64,000 bases of DNA from an uncultured Gammaproteobacteria bacterium (GCA_964414795.1 CAYPWV010000003.1:2081-66080), one strand, 5' to 3'; counted from the stretch's first letter, positions 47,668 through 57,595 are shown. The notes: generated by a model from the sequence alone, not told the origin. A program made the numbers and translations.

Positions 47668-48963
47668 ATGTTTTCTTGCTCAACATGTGGCGCACAATAT
47701 CCTAAATGGACCGGTCGATGCACCACGTGCAGTGCATGGGGAACCATTGGAGAAGAGGGTGAAGAGAGGAAGTTTGAAGTTGGGAAGATGGGAAAGAAAA
47801 AGGAATCTCGCGCAAAACCTGCTCCGCTTCTTTCGCTTGCAGAAACGAATAGCGCAAATACGAAGCGTATTTCTTCGGGCATTGCCGAAGTAGATCGCGT
47901 GCTTGGCGGTGGCATGATTTCTGGATCGGTCACGCTTCTTGCGGGAGAACCGGGCATTGGAAAGTCAACACTTGTGGCGCAGCTTGCCGGAGGCATGGCT
48001 CCGCTTGGCAAAACGGTGTACTACGCATCGGGAGAAGAATCCGAAGGACAGGTACATTTGCGTTGCACGCGCCTGGGCATTCCGCTCCACAGTATTTCTT
48101 TTTCAAATACCGTAGATATTGGAAGTATTTTGGCAACGGCAGAAAAGCTCAAACCCGCGCTGCTCATCGTTGACTCTATTCAAACGATGTACGTTACCGA
48201 AGCAGAGGCATCACCCGGAACACCAACGGCCGTTCGTGCCGCAACCGTAATGCTCGTAAGTTTTGCAAAAACAACGGGAACACCGGTTCTCATCATTGGC
48301 CAAGTAACCAAAGAAGGAAGCGTGGCTGGACCAAAAACGCTCGAGCATCTTGTAGATACGCTTCTTACGCTTGAAGGAGACCCCGATAGCCCGTACCGCA
48401 TGCTTCGCGTAGCAAAGCATCGCTTTGGAAGCACTGAAGAAATAGGCCTTTTTGAAATGACTGAGAAGGGACTCATCGTTGTCGAAAACCCCAGCGCGCG
48501 CTTTTTAGCCGAGCGACTTCCCTCCCCAGGCTCTGTGGTTTGTGCGGTGATGGATGGAAACCGTCCATTTCTTGTTGAAGTGCAAGCGCTCGTAGAAAAA
48601 AGCTACTTCCCTAATCCGGTACGCCGTACATCCGGATACGATCTTGGCCGGTTACAAATGCTTCTTGCTATCATCAGCAAACGCACCGGCGCTCGGCTCC
48701 ACGATCAGGATGTGTACGTAAATATTGTGGGTGGCGTAAAAGTTGCAGAAAATGCTGCAGACCTTGCCGTTGCTGCTGCCGTGCTTTCTGCCATAAAAAA
48801 TACTCCCGTTCCCGATACTGCAGTATATTTTGGCGAAGTAGGTTTAGGCGGCGAAATTCGCTCGGTTCCCTTTGCCGAACGCCGTACAAAAGAAGCCGAA
48901 CGGCATGGTTACACTTCCCTCTTTTCACCAAAGACCATGAAACATCTCAAAGAATTATCATAG
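47668..48963 (+). CDS. radA: DNA repair protein RadA/Sms.
   Basis: C4 zinc finger CSTCGAQYPKWTGRCTTCSAW, Walker A GEPGIGKST, a KNRFG-like motif, and a Lon-like C-terminus. Confidence 0.9.
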   Translation: MFSCSTCGAQYPKWTGRCTTCSAWGTIGEEGEERKFEVGKMGKKKESRAKPAPLLSLAETNSANTKRISSGIAEVDRVLGGGMISGSVTLLAGEPGIGKSTLVAQLAGGMAPLGKTVYYASGEESEGQVHLRCTRLGIPLHSISFSNTVDIGSILATAEKLKPALLIVDSIQTMYVTEAEASPGTPTAVRAATVMLVSFAKTTGTPVLIIGQVTKEGSVAGPKTLEHLVDTLLTLEGDPDSPYRMLRVAKHRFGSTEEIGLFEMTEKGLIVVENPSARFLAERLPSPGSVVCAVMDGNRPFLVEVQALVEKSYFPNPVRRTSGYDLGRLQMLLAIISKRTGARLHDQDVYVNIVGGVKVAENAADLAVAAAVLSAIKNTPVPDTAVYFGEVGLGGEIRSVPFAERRTKEAERHGYTSLFSPKTMKHLKELS

Positions 48964-49032
48964 CTGTGTATAACGTCTCGCAAGAAATAATAAACAATTT
49001 ACTATAGAAAGATCTATTTCTTTCTTTTTTCT

Positions 49033-49362
49033 ATGATGAGAGGCGAATTGGGATTACATCCAGATAGTCAACATACACGACAAACTCCCGACGGAGGAGG
49101 AAGGGGAGAACTTGAAAAACGAGTTATTGAACTTACGCGACAACAAAATGCTCAATTACGAGAACTCGATGGAACAATCGACGATCTTCATCGACAAGCA
49201 GAACATGAATCAGGAGAAAAACGCACAAGAACCCTCGGCAAAATCACTACAACAAGAGCTGAAAAGGCAAGGATAGTAAATGCATTTTCTGAACAAAAAG
49301 CTCCTCTTTTACGCAAACTGGAAGACCTCAATCGGAGCGGCCTTTCTTCCCAAGCAAAATAA
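49033..49362 (+). CDS. Hypothetical small charged protein.
   Basis: 109-aa ORF with no motif; overlaps the doxX 3' end convergently. Confidence 0.3.
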   Translation: MMRGELGLHPDSQHTRQTPDGGGRGELEKRVIELTRQQNAQLRELDGTIDDLHRQAEHESGEKRTRTLGKITTTRAEKARIVNAFSEQKAPLLRKLEDLNRSGLSSQAK

Positions 49363-49750
49363 GGCACAAGATGTACACGATGTGCTCATCAAGGATGGGG
49401 TTATTTTTTGGTTGAAAAGCAGAAAGATACATGAGTGAAAGCATGGCGATGCCCGCATACATTGTTGCACGACGCGCAATACCAAATACCAACCCAACTC
49501 CTACACAAAAAAGACCTGCCATAAAAAGCACATCAACCCACATCTTTCCTGCAAGCATCTGGAACCATGTTGCAAACGGACCATGCGTTGCATACAGAAG
49601 ATATCCTGTCGTGGGAGAACCGCCTGAAATCCACGCAGATTCATGTGCGGTTGCAAAGCCTAAGCCAAAAAACTTGTCGAAAAATGCCCAAAGAAAAATA
49701 AATCCTAAGCTGATACGAAGTGAAAGAAAAAGCATGCGTTCTTTTGTCAT
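49328..49750 (-). CDS. DoxX family membrane protein.
   Basis: LRISLGFIFLWAFFDKFFG.. plus a four-TM DoxX-like layout. Confidence 0.55.
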   Translation of the reverse strand: MTKERMLFLSLRISLGFIFLWAFFDKFFGLGFATAHESAWISGGSPTTGYLLYATHGPFATWFQMLAGKMWVDVLFMAGLFCVGVGLVFGIARRATMYAGIAMLSLMYLSAFQPKNNPILDEHIVYILCLILLGKKGRSD

Positions 49751-49753
49751 ACA

Positions 49754-50449
49754 TTATGCGCGAAGAATAAGATGAAGATCTGGACGTGCAGTAAGAATAG
49801 CATCCCTACATGCGGCTAAAAATAAAGCCGTATTCTCTATGGGATTTTTCATGGGTACCAAAGTTTTTTCTATACGAATACCTTGGATGGCATATCGCGC
49901 ACGCACAGGAAGTTCTTTTGCGATTGCAAGAAGGTCTTCCTGTGTATGAATGTCAGCATTTGTTGTAGTACGAAATTCGTAAGGGATTCCCGAACGAGCA
50001 ATAATCCCCTTTGTGCGTTCGCAGTTTTCGATAACTCGGTTGGGAACTTCGCCAATAACTTCTTTGTACTTACTAAATTGATGCTTTATGTCCATCGCGA
50101 TAAAATCAATGAGATGCGCCCGAAGAAGTGACTCGATCATATCCGGATGTACACCATTTGTATCAAGTTTTACCTTAAGAGAGAGATCTTTTATTTTCCT
50201 TAAAAACATCGCGAGATCTGGTTGCACCGTTGGCTCACCGCCAGTTACCACAACGCCATCGAGAAACTCTTTTCGTTTTGCTATTTCTGCGATGACATCG
50301 TCTTCGGAAAGAATTGCCTCTTGAACAGGAATGAGCTCGGGATTATGGCAATATGTACATGCAAATGGACATCCTTGCGTAAACACAATTGCCGCGACTT
50401 TTCCCGGAAAATCCATAAGCGTGCAGGGCTGGAATCCTGCTATGCGCAT
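49754..50449 (-). CDS. nrdG: Anaerobic ribonucleotide reductase activating protein (radical SAM).
   Basis: CPFACTYCHNPEL (CxxxCxxC) and the glycine-rich SAM site VVVTGGEP. Confidence 0.8.
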   Translation of the reverse strand: MRIAGFQPCTLMDFPGKVAAIVFTQGCPFACTYCHNPELIPVQEAILSEDDVIAEIAKRKEFLDGVVVTGGEPTVQPDLAMFLRKIKDLSLKVKLDTNGVHPDMIESLLRAHLIDFIAMDIKHQFSKYKEVIGEVPNRVIENCERTKGIIARSGIPYEFRTTTNADIHTQEDLLAIAKELPVRARYAIQGIRIEKTLVPMKNPIENTALFLAACRDAILTARPDLHLILRA

Positions 50450-52221
50450 ACAGCATCATCAACGTCGTACTCAACACGCTCGCGATATTCCTGTTGCTTG
50501 CCTTTATTCCACTGATCTACCGGACGATAATATCCCACCACGCGAGACCATACTTCACATGGCGCATCGCATCTTTCGCACTGCATGTGTTCCCCTGCAA
50601 GATAGCCATGCGATGGACAAATACTAAACGTGGGCGTAACGGTAACATACGGCAAGTGATAGGTTTGTGTTACCTTTTGTACAAATCTTTTACACGCTTC
50701 CGCATCAGAAAGACGCTCTCCCAGAAAAAGATGAAGTACCGTTCCTCCCGTATATTTTGTTTGTAAACTGTCCTGATGCGTCAGTGCAACAAAGGGATCG
50801 GGTGTTGTTTCTACAGGAAGATGTGTTGAGTTTGTGTAATATGGCGCATCCGGAGTTCCTGCCTGAATAATGCCAGGATGATGCTTTTGATCTTCTCGTG
50901 CAAAGCGGTATGTTGTGCCTTCTGCGGGCGTTGCTTCAAGATTATAGAGATGACCCGTTTCTTCTTGATACGCGATGAGACGATCGCGCATGAATATAAG
51001 CACCTGTTCTGCAAATGCCTTTCCTTCACTTGTTTCAATGCCCTTGCCGAGAAAATTTAAACACGCTTCGTGCATTCCATTGATGCCAATCGTTCCAAAA
51101 TGATTCCGTAAATTTCCTAAATATCTCCGAGTAAAGGGCAATAGACCGCAATCAATATTCTCCTGTACTTGCACTCTCTTCAATTCAAGAGAACGTTTTG
51201 CTATTTCCATAAGTGCGCTGAGTCTTTCAAAAAACGCCTCTTCGTTTTTCGCTAAATATCCTATACGCGGCATATTCAACGTGACCACGCCAATACTTCC
51301 CGTCATTTCTGCGGAACCGAATAGCCCCCCTCCCCGTGCACGCAATGCACGAAGATCAAGCTGTAATCTGCAGCACATGCTCCGTACATCGCGAGGATTT
51401 AAGGGAGAGTTGATAAAGTTTTGAAAATAAGGAATGCCGTATTTTGCCGTAAGATCAAAAAGCAGCGTTGCGTTTGGACTATCCCATACAAAATCTTTCG
51501 TGATGTTGTAGGTGGGAATGGGAAAGGTGAATATTCTTCCTCTACGATCTCCTTTAAGCATGACTCGCAAGAAAGATTCGTTCAGCATGTCCATTTCGTG
51601 TTGACAATCGGCATACGTAAAATGCACATACGATCCTCCAATCATCGGATGTTCGTGCGCTAAATCTTCAGGGACTACCCAATCAAAAGTAAGGTTTGTA
51701 AAAGGTGCCTGTGCTCCCCATCGTGACGGCACATTCATATTAAACAAAAACTGCTGCATCGCCTGATCTACTTGCTGCTGTGTAAGCGCATCTTGCTTAA
51801 GAAATGGCGCAAGCATGGTATCGAACGATGAAAATGCCTGTGCTCCCGCCCACTCGTTTTGCAATGTTCCAAAAAAATTCACAATTTGCCCAAGAGCCGT
51901 ATCAAAATGCTTGGGAGGATCTGATTCTATTTTGTTTGGCACGCCATTAAAACCCTCGGAAAGTAATTGACGCAAGCTCCATCCCGCACAGTATCCCGAA
52001 AACATATCTAAATCATGAATGTGAAATTCTCCGGTCATGTGTGCATTGCGAATAGCCTCATCGTACACGCTAAATAACCAATACTGCGCAGTCATCTTTC
52101 CTGCAGCGTTGAGGATAAGGCCACCGAGCGAATATCCCTGGTTCGCATTCGCCTGCACGCGCCAGTCAGCACGCGTGAGGTATTCATCAAACGTAGTAAT
52201 TGCTTGTTCTTGAGCGGTCAT
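50440..52221 (-). CDS. nrdD: Anaerobic ribonucleoside-triphosphate reductase.
   Basis: 593 aa, C-terminal CxxC..CxxC zinc site and glycyl-radical motif RVVGYY, next to nrdG. Confidence 0.85.
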   Translation of the reverse strand: MTAQEQAITTFDEYLTRADWRVQANANQGYSLGGLILNAAGKMTAQYWLFSVYDEAIRNAHMTGEFHIHDLDMFSGYCAGWSLRQLLSEGFNGVPNKIESDPPKHFDTALGQIVNFFGTLQNEWAGAQAFSSFDTMLAPFLKQDALTQQQVDQAMQQFLFNMNVPSRWGAQAPFTNLTFDWVVPEDLAHEHPMIGGSYVHFTYADCQHEMDMLNESFLRVMLKGDRRGRIFTFPIPTYNITKDFVWDSPNATLLFDLTAKYGIPYFQNFINSPLNPRDVRSMCCRLQLDLRALRARGGGLFGSAEMTGSIGVVTLNMPRIGYLAKNEEAFFERLSALMEIAKRSLELKRVQVQENIDCGLLPFTRRYLGNLRNHFGTIGINGMHEACLNFLGKGIETSEGKAFAEQVLIFMRDRLIAYQEETGHLYNLEATPAEGTTYRFAREDQKHHPGIIQAGTPDAPYYTNSTHLPVETTPDPFVALTHQDSLQTKYTGGTVLHLFLGERLSDAEACKRFVQKVTQTYHLPYVTVTPTFSICPSHGYLAGEHMQCERCDAPCEVWSRVVGYYRPVDQWNKGKQQEYRERVEYDVDDAVCA

Positions 52222-52276
52222 ACAAAAATAAAAACCCGCTTGCGCGAGTCTCTTTGGACTTCTTTGCGAAGATGAA

Positions 52277-52486
52277 TTAAAGCTGCGTACGAAACGGGCA
52301 CGGAGAAACGGTACACAAAAGCTCGTCTCCTTTATGCTCCTCTACCCGAACAAGTGCATGACAATACTTACATTTTGTTTCAAGTATTCCTTCTATGAGT
52401 GCGGCTTTGAGAAGAAGCTTTTTGCACGACGTGCATCGATATTCTCGCAACAAAGCACACGTTGTCATACAGAAGGAGTATAGCAC
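52277..52486 (-). CDS. Small zinc-ribbon protein, Mu Com-like (CxxC...CxxC).
   Basis: RCTSCKKLLLKAALIEGILETKCKYCHALVRV parallels phage Mu Com (RCKNCNKLLFKA...IEIRCPRCK). It lies between the NrdR boxes and nrdD. Confidence 0.4.
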   Translation of the reverse strand: MLYSFCMTTCALLREYRCTSCKKLLLKAALIEGILETKCKYCHALVRVEEHKGDELLCTVSPCPFRTQL

Positions 52487-52500
52487 TTACACTTTGTGAA

Positions 52501-52547
52501 ACACTACATACTGTGTATAAAAGAAAAACAGCCCACGATATATAGTG
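52501..52547 (-). promoter_or_regulatory. Tandem NrdR boxes (ACACTACATACTGTGT and CCACGATATATAGTGT) with starts 31 bp apart, overlapping a putative promoter for the Com-like-nrdD-nrdG operon.
   Basis: Both match the published NrdR box consensus acaCwAtATaTwGtgt, and the 31-32-bp spacing is the characteristic arrangement. Confidence 0.5.
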
Positions 52548-52552
52548 TTTTC

Positions 52553-54676
52553 TTATTCTAAGTGCACCGCATCAACATATTCTTTTAAGCGATCGCGGAC
52601 TGTTGGGAATGTAGAAAGATCAGGGCTAGAGTCGAGCAATTGTTTTGCAAAATCTTTTGCAAACGCCATAAGATCAACATCCTCCATAGTGCCCATGGCA
52701 AATTGCTGGAAACCAGATTGTTCGGTACCAAAAATATTTCCCGATCCACGGAGCTGCAAATCGCGCTCAGCCAAATCAAATCCGTCTTGGTTATCTTCAA
52801 TGGCAAGCAACCGCTCACGCGCAACTTCGCCCAGCATTCCGGAAGGATGCAAGAAACAGTAGCTTTGATGCGATCCGCGACCTACACGTCCACGCAGCTG
52901 GTGCAACTGCGCTAATCCAAATCGCTCTGCACCTTCTACATACATTACCGTTGCATTAGGAACATCAACTCCCACCTCAACAACGGTAGTAGAAATAAGC
53001 ATATCCGCTTCTCCTGCAGAAAATTTGCGCATCACTTCGTCTTTTTCTTTTGTTTTCATGCGACCGTGCAGCATGAGAATGCGATAGCCTTTAAACGGAC
53101 CAACGGAAAACTCCTTTACCACTTCGTGCACAGAATTTGCACCCAGCGCATCGGATTCTTCGATAAGCGGACAAACAACGAACACTTGGCGACCCGCGTC
53201 CATTTCTATACGCATTTGCACATACGCCTCTTCTTCGCGACCAAGATCGGTAAGGCGAGTAAGAATAGGCTTTCTCCCAACGGGATATTCATCCAAAATA
53301 GAACGATCCAAATCGCCGTACACCACCAGCGCCAACGAGCGAGGAATGGGCGTTGCGGTCATGGAAAGAAGGTGCGGGATAACTTCTGTATCTCCTTGCT
53401 TATCCTTAAGCGCCTGGCGCTGTCGCACGCCAAAACGGTGCTGTTCATCAACCACCACCAAACCCAATCGCTCAAAAAGCACATCCTGCGTAAGCAGCGC
53501 GTGCGTTCCTACGACCACGTGAATAGCACCATTTTTGAGCGCAGAAAGAAGCTGTGCCTTGGTAACTTCTTTATCGCCAATGCGGCGTTTTGTGCGCGTG
53601 TAAAGTGCAAGTTTTAACGAGCTTCCAAAAAGCTTTTGCAGGGTTTGGGCATGCTGTTCGGCAAGAATTTCGGTTGGCGCAAGCATCGCCGTTTGCCATC
53701 CTTCTTGCGCAGCATTGAGTGCAACAAGCGCAGCGACAATTGTTTTTCCACTTCCTACATCACCTTCTAGCAAGCGGTTCATGGGCTCGGGGCGATTCAT
53801 GTCTTGGATAATTGCCCAAATAGCCTTTCTCTGTGCACCGGTAAGTTGAAAAGGAAGTGCGGCGACAGCTTTTTTGATGTAGGCTTCCGCAAAAGGCACG
53901 CGAGGCGCCTTGTGCTCGCGCAACTCACGACGACTTTTTGCATGGAGCAATTGAAAAAGGAAAAACTCATCAAACTTCATGCGACGTAACCCGCGATTTT
54001 TTGCCTCGGGTGACGGAGGAAAATGCAAAAGTGGGATAGCCTCTTGCAAAGAAAGAAGCGTTGCCTCATTTCGTATACGATCTGGCAACCACTCACTCAC
54101 TTCTTTCACCGCAGAAAGTGCAGACTCTGCAACCTTCCGACGCATTTTTTGCGTTAATCCGCCGGTCAATTTATAAATCGGCATGATGCGACCTGTTTCT
54201 TTTGTTACTTTTCCATTTCCAATCACTTCGTACACCGGATTTACGAGCGAAAGCCCGTAGCGGTCATCTACTTTTCCTGCGAGAGAAACAATTTGGCCAG
54301 GCTTAATAATTTTTGTGATAAATCCTTGGTGAAACCAAATAGCCTTAATGCCTCCGGTTCCATCATCAACAACTGCTTCGGTTACCATCATGCGACCGTG
54401 TTGTGCTTTTCTGTTTTCAATAGCCGTAATAGTTCCTTGCACCGTTACTTTTTGGCCCGCCTGAACATCCGCAATAGCAAGCGCATGTGAAAGGTCATCG
54501 TAGCGAAAAGGGAAATCGAAGAGTGCATCGTGCAAGGATACAAGACCAAGGCGCGCAAAGTCTTTTGCTTTTGCAGCACCTACGCCAAGCACTCCCAAGA
54601 TAAGCGTCGTTAATCGAAAAGCCATAAAAAAGAGGAAGATCTTGGCGAGTATACGATGCAAAGCTAAAAAAGGCAA
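52553..54676 (-). CDS. recG: ATP-dependent DNA helicase RecG.
   Basis: Wedge domain, helicase motifs DVGSGKT, DEQHRFG, and the TRG region. Confidence 0.9.
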   Translation of the reverse strand: MPFLALHRILAKIFLFFMAFRLTTLILGVLGVGAAKAKDFARLGLVSLHDALFDFPFRYDDLSHALAIADVQAGQKVTVQGTITAIENRKAQHGRMMVTEAVVDDGTGGIKAIWFHQGFITKIIKPGQIVSLAGKVDDRYGLSLVNPVYEVIGNGKVTKETGRIMPIYKLTGGLTQKMRRKVAESALSAVKEVSEWLPDRIRNEATLLSLQEAIPLLHFPPSPEAKNRGLRRMKFDEFFLFQLLHAKSRRELREHKAPRVPFAEAYIKKAVAALPFQLTGAQRKAIWAIIQDMNRPEPMNRLLEGDVGSGKTIVAALVALNAAQEGWQTAMLAPTEILAEQHAQTLQKLFGSSLKLALYTRTKRRIGDKEVTKAQLLSALKNGAIHVVVGTHALLTQDVLFERLGLVVVDEQHRFGVRQRQALKDKQGDTEVIPHLLSMTATPIPRSLALVVYGDLDRSILDEYPVGRKPILTRLTDLGREEEAYVQMRIEMDAGRQVFVVCPLIEESDALGANSVHEVVKEFSVGPFKGYRILMLHGRMKTKEKDEVMRKFSAGEADMLISTTVVEVGVDVPNATVMYVEGAERFGLAQLHQLRGRVGRGSHQSYCFLHPSGMLGEVARERLLAIEDNQDGFDLAERDLQLRGSGNIFGTEQSGFQQFAMGTMEDVDLMAFAKDFAKQLLDSSPDLSTFPTVRDRLKEYVDAVHLE

Positions 54677-54680
54677 GCTG

Positions 54681-54798
54681 CATCGTCATCCCGGGCTTCC
54701 TGCCTGCCGGCGAGGCAGGGACCCGGGATCCATCGTTTCATAATGCGATGGATGCCTGCCTACCGGACAGGCAGGCCGGATCGGTGTCCGGCATGACG
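54681..54798 (-). repeat. Family B composite repeat, copy 2 (inverted relative to copy 1), filling the gap between recG and the methyltransferase. It carries two extra nested CCTGCCT-N7-AGGCAGG mini-hairpins.
   Basis: Its reverse complement aligns block by block with 27146-27230. Two 21-nt hairpin modules are inserted relative to copy 1. Confidence 0.6.
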
Positions 54799-54802
54799 AA
54801 TT

Positions 54803-55333
54803 TTACTTCCTCGCAACAAATACCCGCAACGGTGGAATATTCCACCAAATCCTCTTTTCGGTAATCGAAGAAAAAACAGTGGCAAGATAAAAACGAATAC
54901 GTCTCGTAAAAATAAAAACAATAAAAGATCCGCCGGGTTTGAGAATGGTATTCACTGCATGAATACTATCAAGGCGCGTGTGTTCATCAAAAAAGCTGAA
55001 GGGAAGATTGGCAAGCACCACGTCGGCATTTTCGATATGTACTTCGTTCGCAATACGCACCACGTCTTGCGCAGCACCTTCGACAATCTCCACACGTTCA
55101 TCATGCACAAACTTTTCACGAAGATGTGCGACAAAATCGGCATTCATTTCGATGAGCAATAAGCGTGACGTTGGACTCATGCGTTTCGCTATCTCTTCTG
55201 CAACATTCCCCACCCCCGCCCCCAGCTCAACAACTACCACCGGACGAGAAAAATCAATTTCATCAACTCCTTTTCTTGCTGCGCATTTTGACGTGGAAAA
55301 CATAAAAATCGTATCCACACAAAAATAATCCAA
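54803..55333 (-). CDS. Small class I SAM-dependent methyltransferase (N6-adenine/KsgA-Erm-like NLPF motif).
   Basis: VVELGAGVGNVAEEI (motif I) and LANLPF (motif IV-like). Confidence 0.5.
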   Translation of the reverse strand: MDYFCVDTIFMFSTSKCAARKGVDEIDFSRPVVVVELGAGVGNVAEEIAKRMSPTSRLLLIEMNADFVAHLREKFVHDERVEIVEGAAQDVVRIANEVHIENADVVLANLPFSFFDEHTRLDSIHAVNTILKPGGSFIVFIFTRRIRFYLATVFSSITEKRIWWNIPPLRVFVARK

Positions 55334-55345
55334 AATCTGATAAGA

Positions 55346-56089
55346 ATGGTACCATTTCTTAAGATTCGTAACGAAAGTATTATGCGACGTATTATTGATG
55401 CAGCGATGGGGATGTTTAGAGGAGGAAAGCCAGAGGCTCTAAAACAAAAAGCACCAAATCCTGAAGCTCGTGAAAAACAAGATGGAGTCTTTTTTTTGCG
55501 TATCCCTCCAGAACATAGACAAAGAATTCGTGACTTTGTTATCAGTCGTTTTACCGACTTTCGTGATCGTTTTCCTTCTGAGGAATCTTTTCAAGAGGCA
55601 ATAAGCCAAACATGGCTCGAAAGAAAATCTGGCTTTGAAGAAGAAATGGGAGCAATGGACTTTGAAACCCTCTCGCCCACAATGCTTGACGCCGAAACGG
55701 CGCTTAATGAATACGCTATTGCTGTACTCACCGCTAATGGGACGCACGTCGTTGTAGGACCGGGCGCATTTGATAAAAGGATGGGTGCGTCTATTGTGTA
55801 TGAGCCGGGCAATTTTTGGTCTTCTGTCCGTAGTGCGAAAAGTACCAAGAGTACTGGATTCGTGTTTGATCTCGTGCCAAAAATGGGAAAGTCGCTTATG
55901 CCTGCGCAAGGTCGTTCAGCACCTTTTGCGGCAACTTCGCCCGTTATCAGTATTATGATCAAAAAACCTTCGCCGAAAGAAGCAAGCTCACTTCCTGAAC
56001 AAGTAAGCCGACGTATTGCAACACGATTTGATGCAATTGATACAAGAATTCGTCTCAATATTCCCCAACCAGAAAAAACGAACTCCTAA
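55346..56089 (+). CDS. Hypothetical protein.
   Basis: 247-aa ORF with no motif. Confidence 0.35.
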   Translation: MVPFLKIRNESIMRRIIDAAMGMFRGGKPEALKQKAPNPEAREKQDGVFFLRIPPEHRQRIRDFVISRFTDFRDRFPSEESFQEAISQTWLERKSGFEEEMGAMDFETLSPTMLDAETALNEYAIAVLTANGTHVVVGPGAFDKRMGASIVYEPGNFWSSVRSAKSTKSTGFVFDLVPKMGKSLMPAQGRSAPFAATSPVISIMIKKPSPKEASSLPEQVSRRIATRFDAIDTRIRLNIPQPEKTNS

Positions 56090-56922
56090 TTCACCTCCTC
56101 ATGATTCGGAGACATTCTTTTGAGTGCACCAAGAAGAGTTGCCGCTCGCATCGCATAATATTTCTCCTGCTGTCCTCGCTCCGCAGATTGTAAAATTTCT
56201 TGAGCGAGAGACCTTTGAAAGGCGTCAGTGTGTATTATTGTTTCTATTTTTTTCTGATCTTCTGAAGAAATGAGTTTCAATTCCATTCCCGCCTCAAAAC
56301 CCATCATTGCATCTGCGGCAGAAACACCATCCTCCTCTCCAGATGCAGCATACGTTAAAATACCTTTTACTAAACTCTTCTTAAATTTTTCTTGCATTAA
56401 TCGTGCAGAAATTCTTCTTATATCTTCTTCATGCTCATCTATGAGGTGCATTTTTATTAAGGAAGCGTAGGTAATAGCGATATAATTCGCATAGTGTTGC
56501 TCACGCTCCCCTGCCTGTTTGAGAAGTGCATTGATTTCTGTAAAAAGACTATCTGCAAAATCGCTATCATGTACCCGCTCATTCAGCTCGGAAAATACCT
56601 CCGGAGAAAGAAGACCGAAATCCTGCGCCGCCCGAAAGCCGGTTATCGCAGTTTGATTCACCATCATGGCACTCGATGATTCTGGTACTCGGACCTGCTC
56701 AACTTGCTCCTTCAATTCACGCGCAAGAACACTCTTAAATGAAGGTGTTTCTATAAGATTAGCGACAGGTACTCCTCGAAATTCGCCTCGCTCGGGAGCA
56801 TCATTTTCAACTGTCTCATACATTTCTCTCCATGCTTTTTCTGAGGCTTGGCTTTCCGTGATTTTTTTGATCCACTCTTGGGAAACACGACCAGGTACGG
56901 GTGCACTATCTCTTATCATCAT
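56086..56922 (-). CDS. Hypothetical protein.
   Basis: 278-aa ORF, helical, no motif. Confidence 0.35.
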   Translation of the reverse strand: MMIRDSAPVPGRVSQEWIKKITESQASEKAWREMYETVENDAPERGEFRGVPVANLIETPSFKSVLARELKEQVEQVRVPESSSAMMVNQTAITGFRAAQDFGLLSPEVFSELNERVHDSDFADSLFTEINALLKQAGEREQHYANYIAITYASLIKMHLIDEHEEDIRRISARLMQEKFKKSLVKGILTYAASGEEDGVSAADAMMGFEAGMELKLISSEDQKKIETIIHTDAFQRSLAQEILQSAERGQQEKYYAMRAATLLGALKRMSPNHEEVN

Positions 56923-57021
56923 ACGTATAGGATTAGGATGAACCTATTTTAGCACGTATAAAAACAAGCGGCGGCATCCTTGCGAGGACGCCGCCGTGAC
57001 ACGTGTGAGTGAAGGACCGTC

Positions 57022-57513
57022 CTACTCGTCTGCGAGCTCGAGGATCAGGACGTCGCTGTCGTAGAAGGCTTCGTTCGGATTCGGACACTCGGGGAACGGC
57101 ATCAATCGCATCCAGACACCGCTCTTTGCCCACGCCGGAAGCTCTTCCGAATTGAGTTCCCGTCGCTCCGCGATCCGATAGTTTATGGTGAGGATACAAT
57201 TGTCTGCGCCCAGCTTTGCGCAGAATTCGCGGAAGGGCCTGCGTTTTTCTGGGCGCTGGATCTCGAGCGTATAAACGACCCCGATCCCACCCACAAGAGG
57301 ACCCATCCAGTGCGAAAAGCCTTTCACATCGGGAAACATGAGGAACCACTTTTTTGCCGTGTCATCATCGACGATAGCGGCATTGTGGCCCCTCCCCGGA
57401 CGTCCCCAGAGATACCCCTCATCACCAGGTGTGTAGGATCCCCCGTCGAACTTGGGGGGTTCGGTGGGTACGGGAGGAAAAGTGTTTTTCTCTCCCCACA
57501 AAAATAATTGCAT
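57022..57513 (-). CDS. Hypothetical protein, GC-rich (about 60% GC) and compositionally atypical.
   Basis: 163-aa ORF whose GC content is clearly above the roughly 48% background. Confidence 0.35.
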   Translation of the reverse strand: MQLFLWGEKNTFPPVPTEPPKFDGGSYTPGDEGYLWGRPGRGHNAAIVDDDTAKKWFLMFPDVKGFSHWMGPLVGGIGVVYTLEIQRPEKRRPFREFCAKLGADNCILTINYRIAERRELNSEELPAWAKSGVWMRLMPFPECPNPNEAFYDSDVLILELADE

Positions 57514-57595
57514 CTAACCTCCTTGATTCACGATCCCCATGAGCGAAACAAGCGTCATGCAAGTCTCGCTGTTTGATCGGCAAAAAAAGTATGGG

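Noticed and set aside
47755-47790. GAAGTTTGAAGTTGGGAAG inside radA, resembling the family C subterminal motif.
   Set aside because: It encodes the natural linker after the RadA zinc finger (EERKFEVGKMGKK). The radA length matches its orthologues, so this is more likely chance similarity to a short GAAGTT-rich motif than an in-frame insertion.
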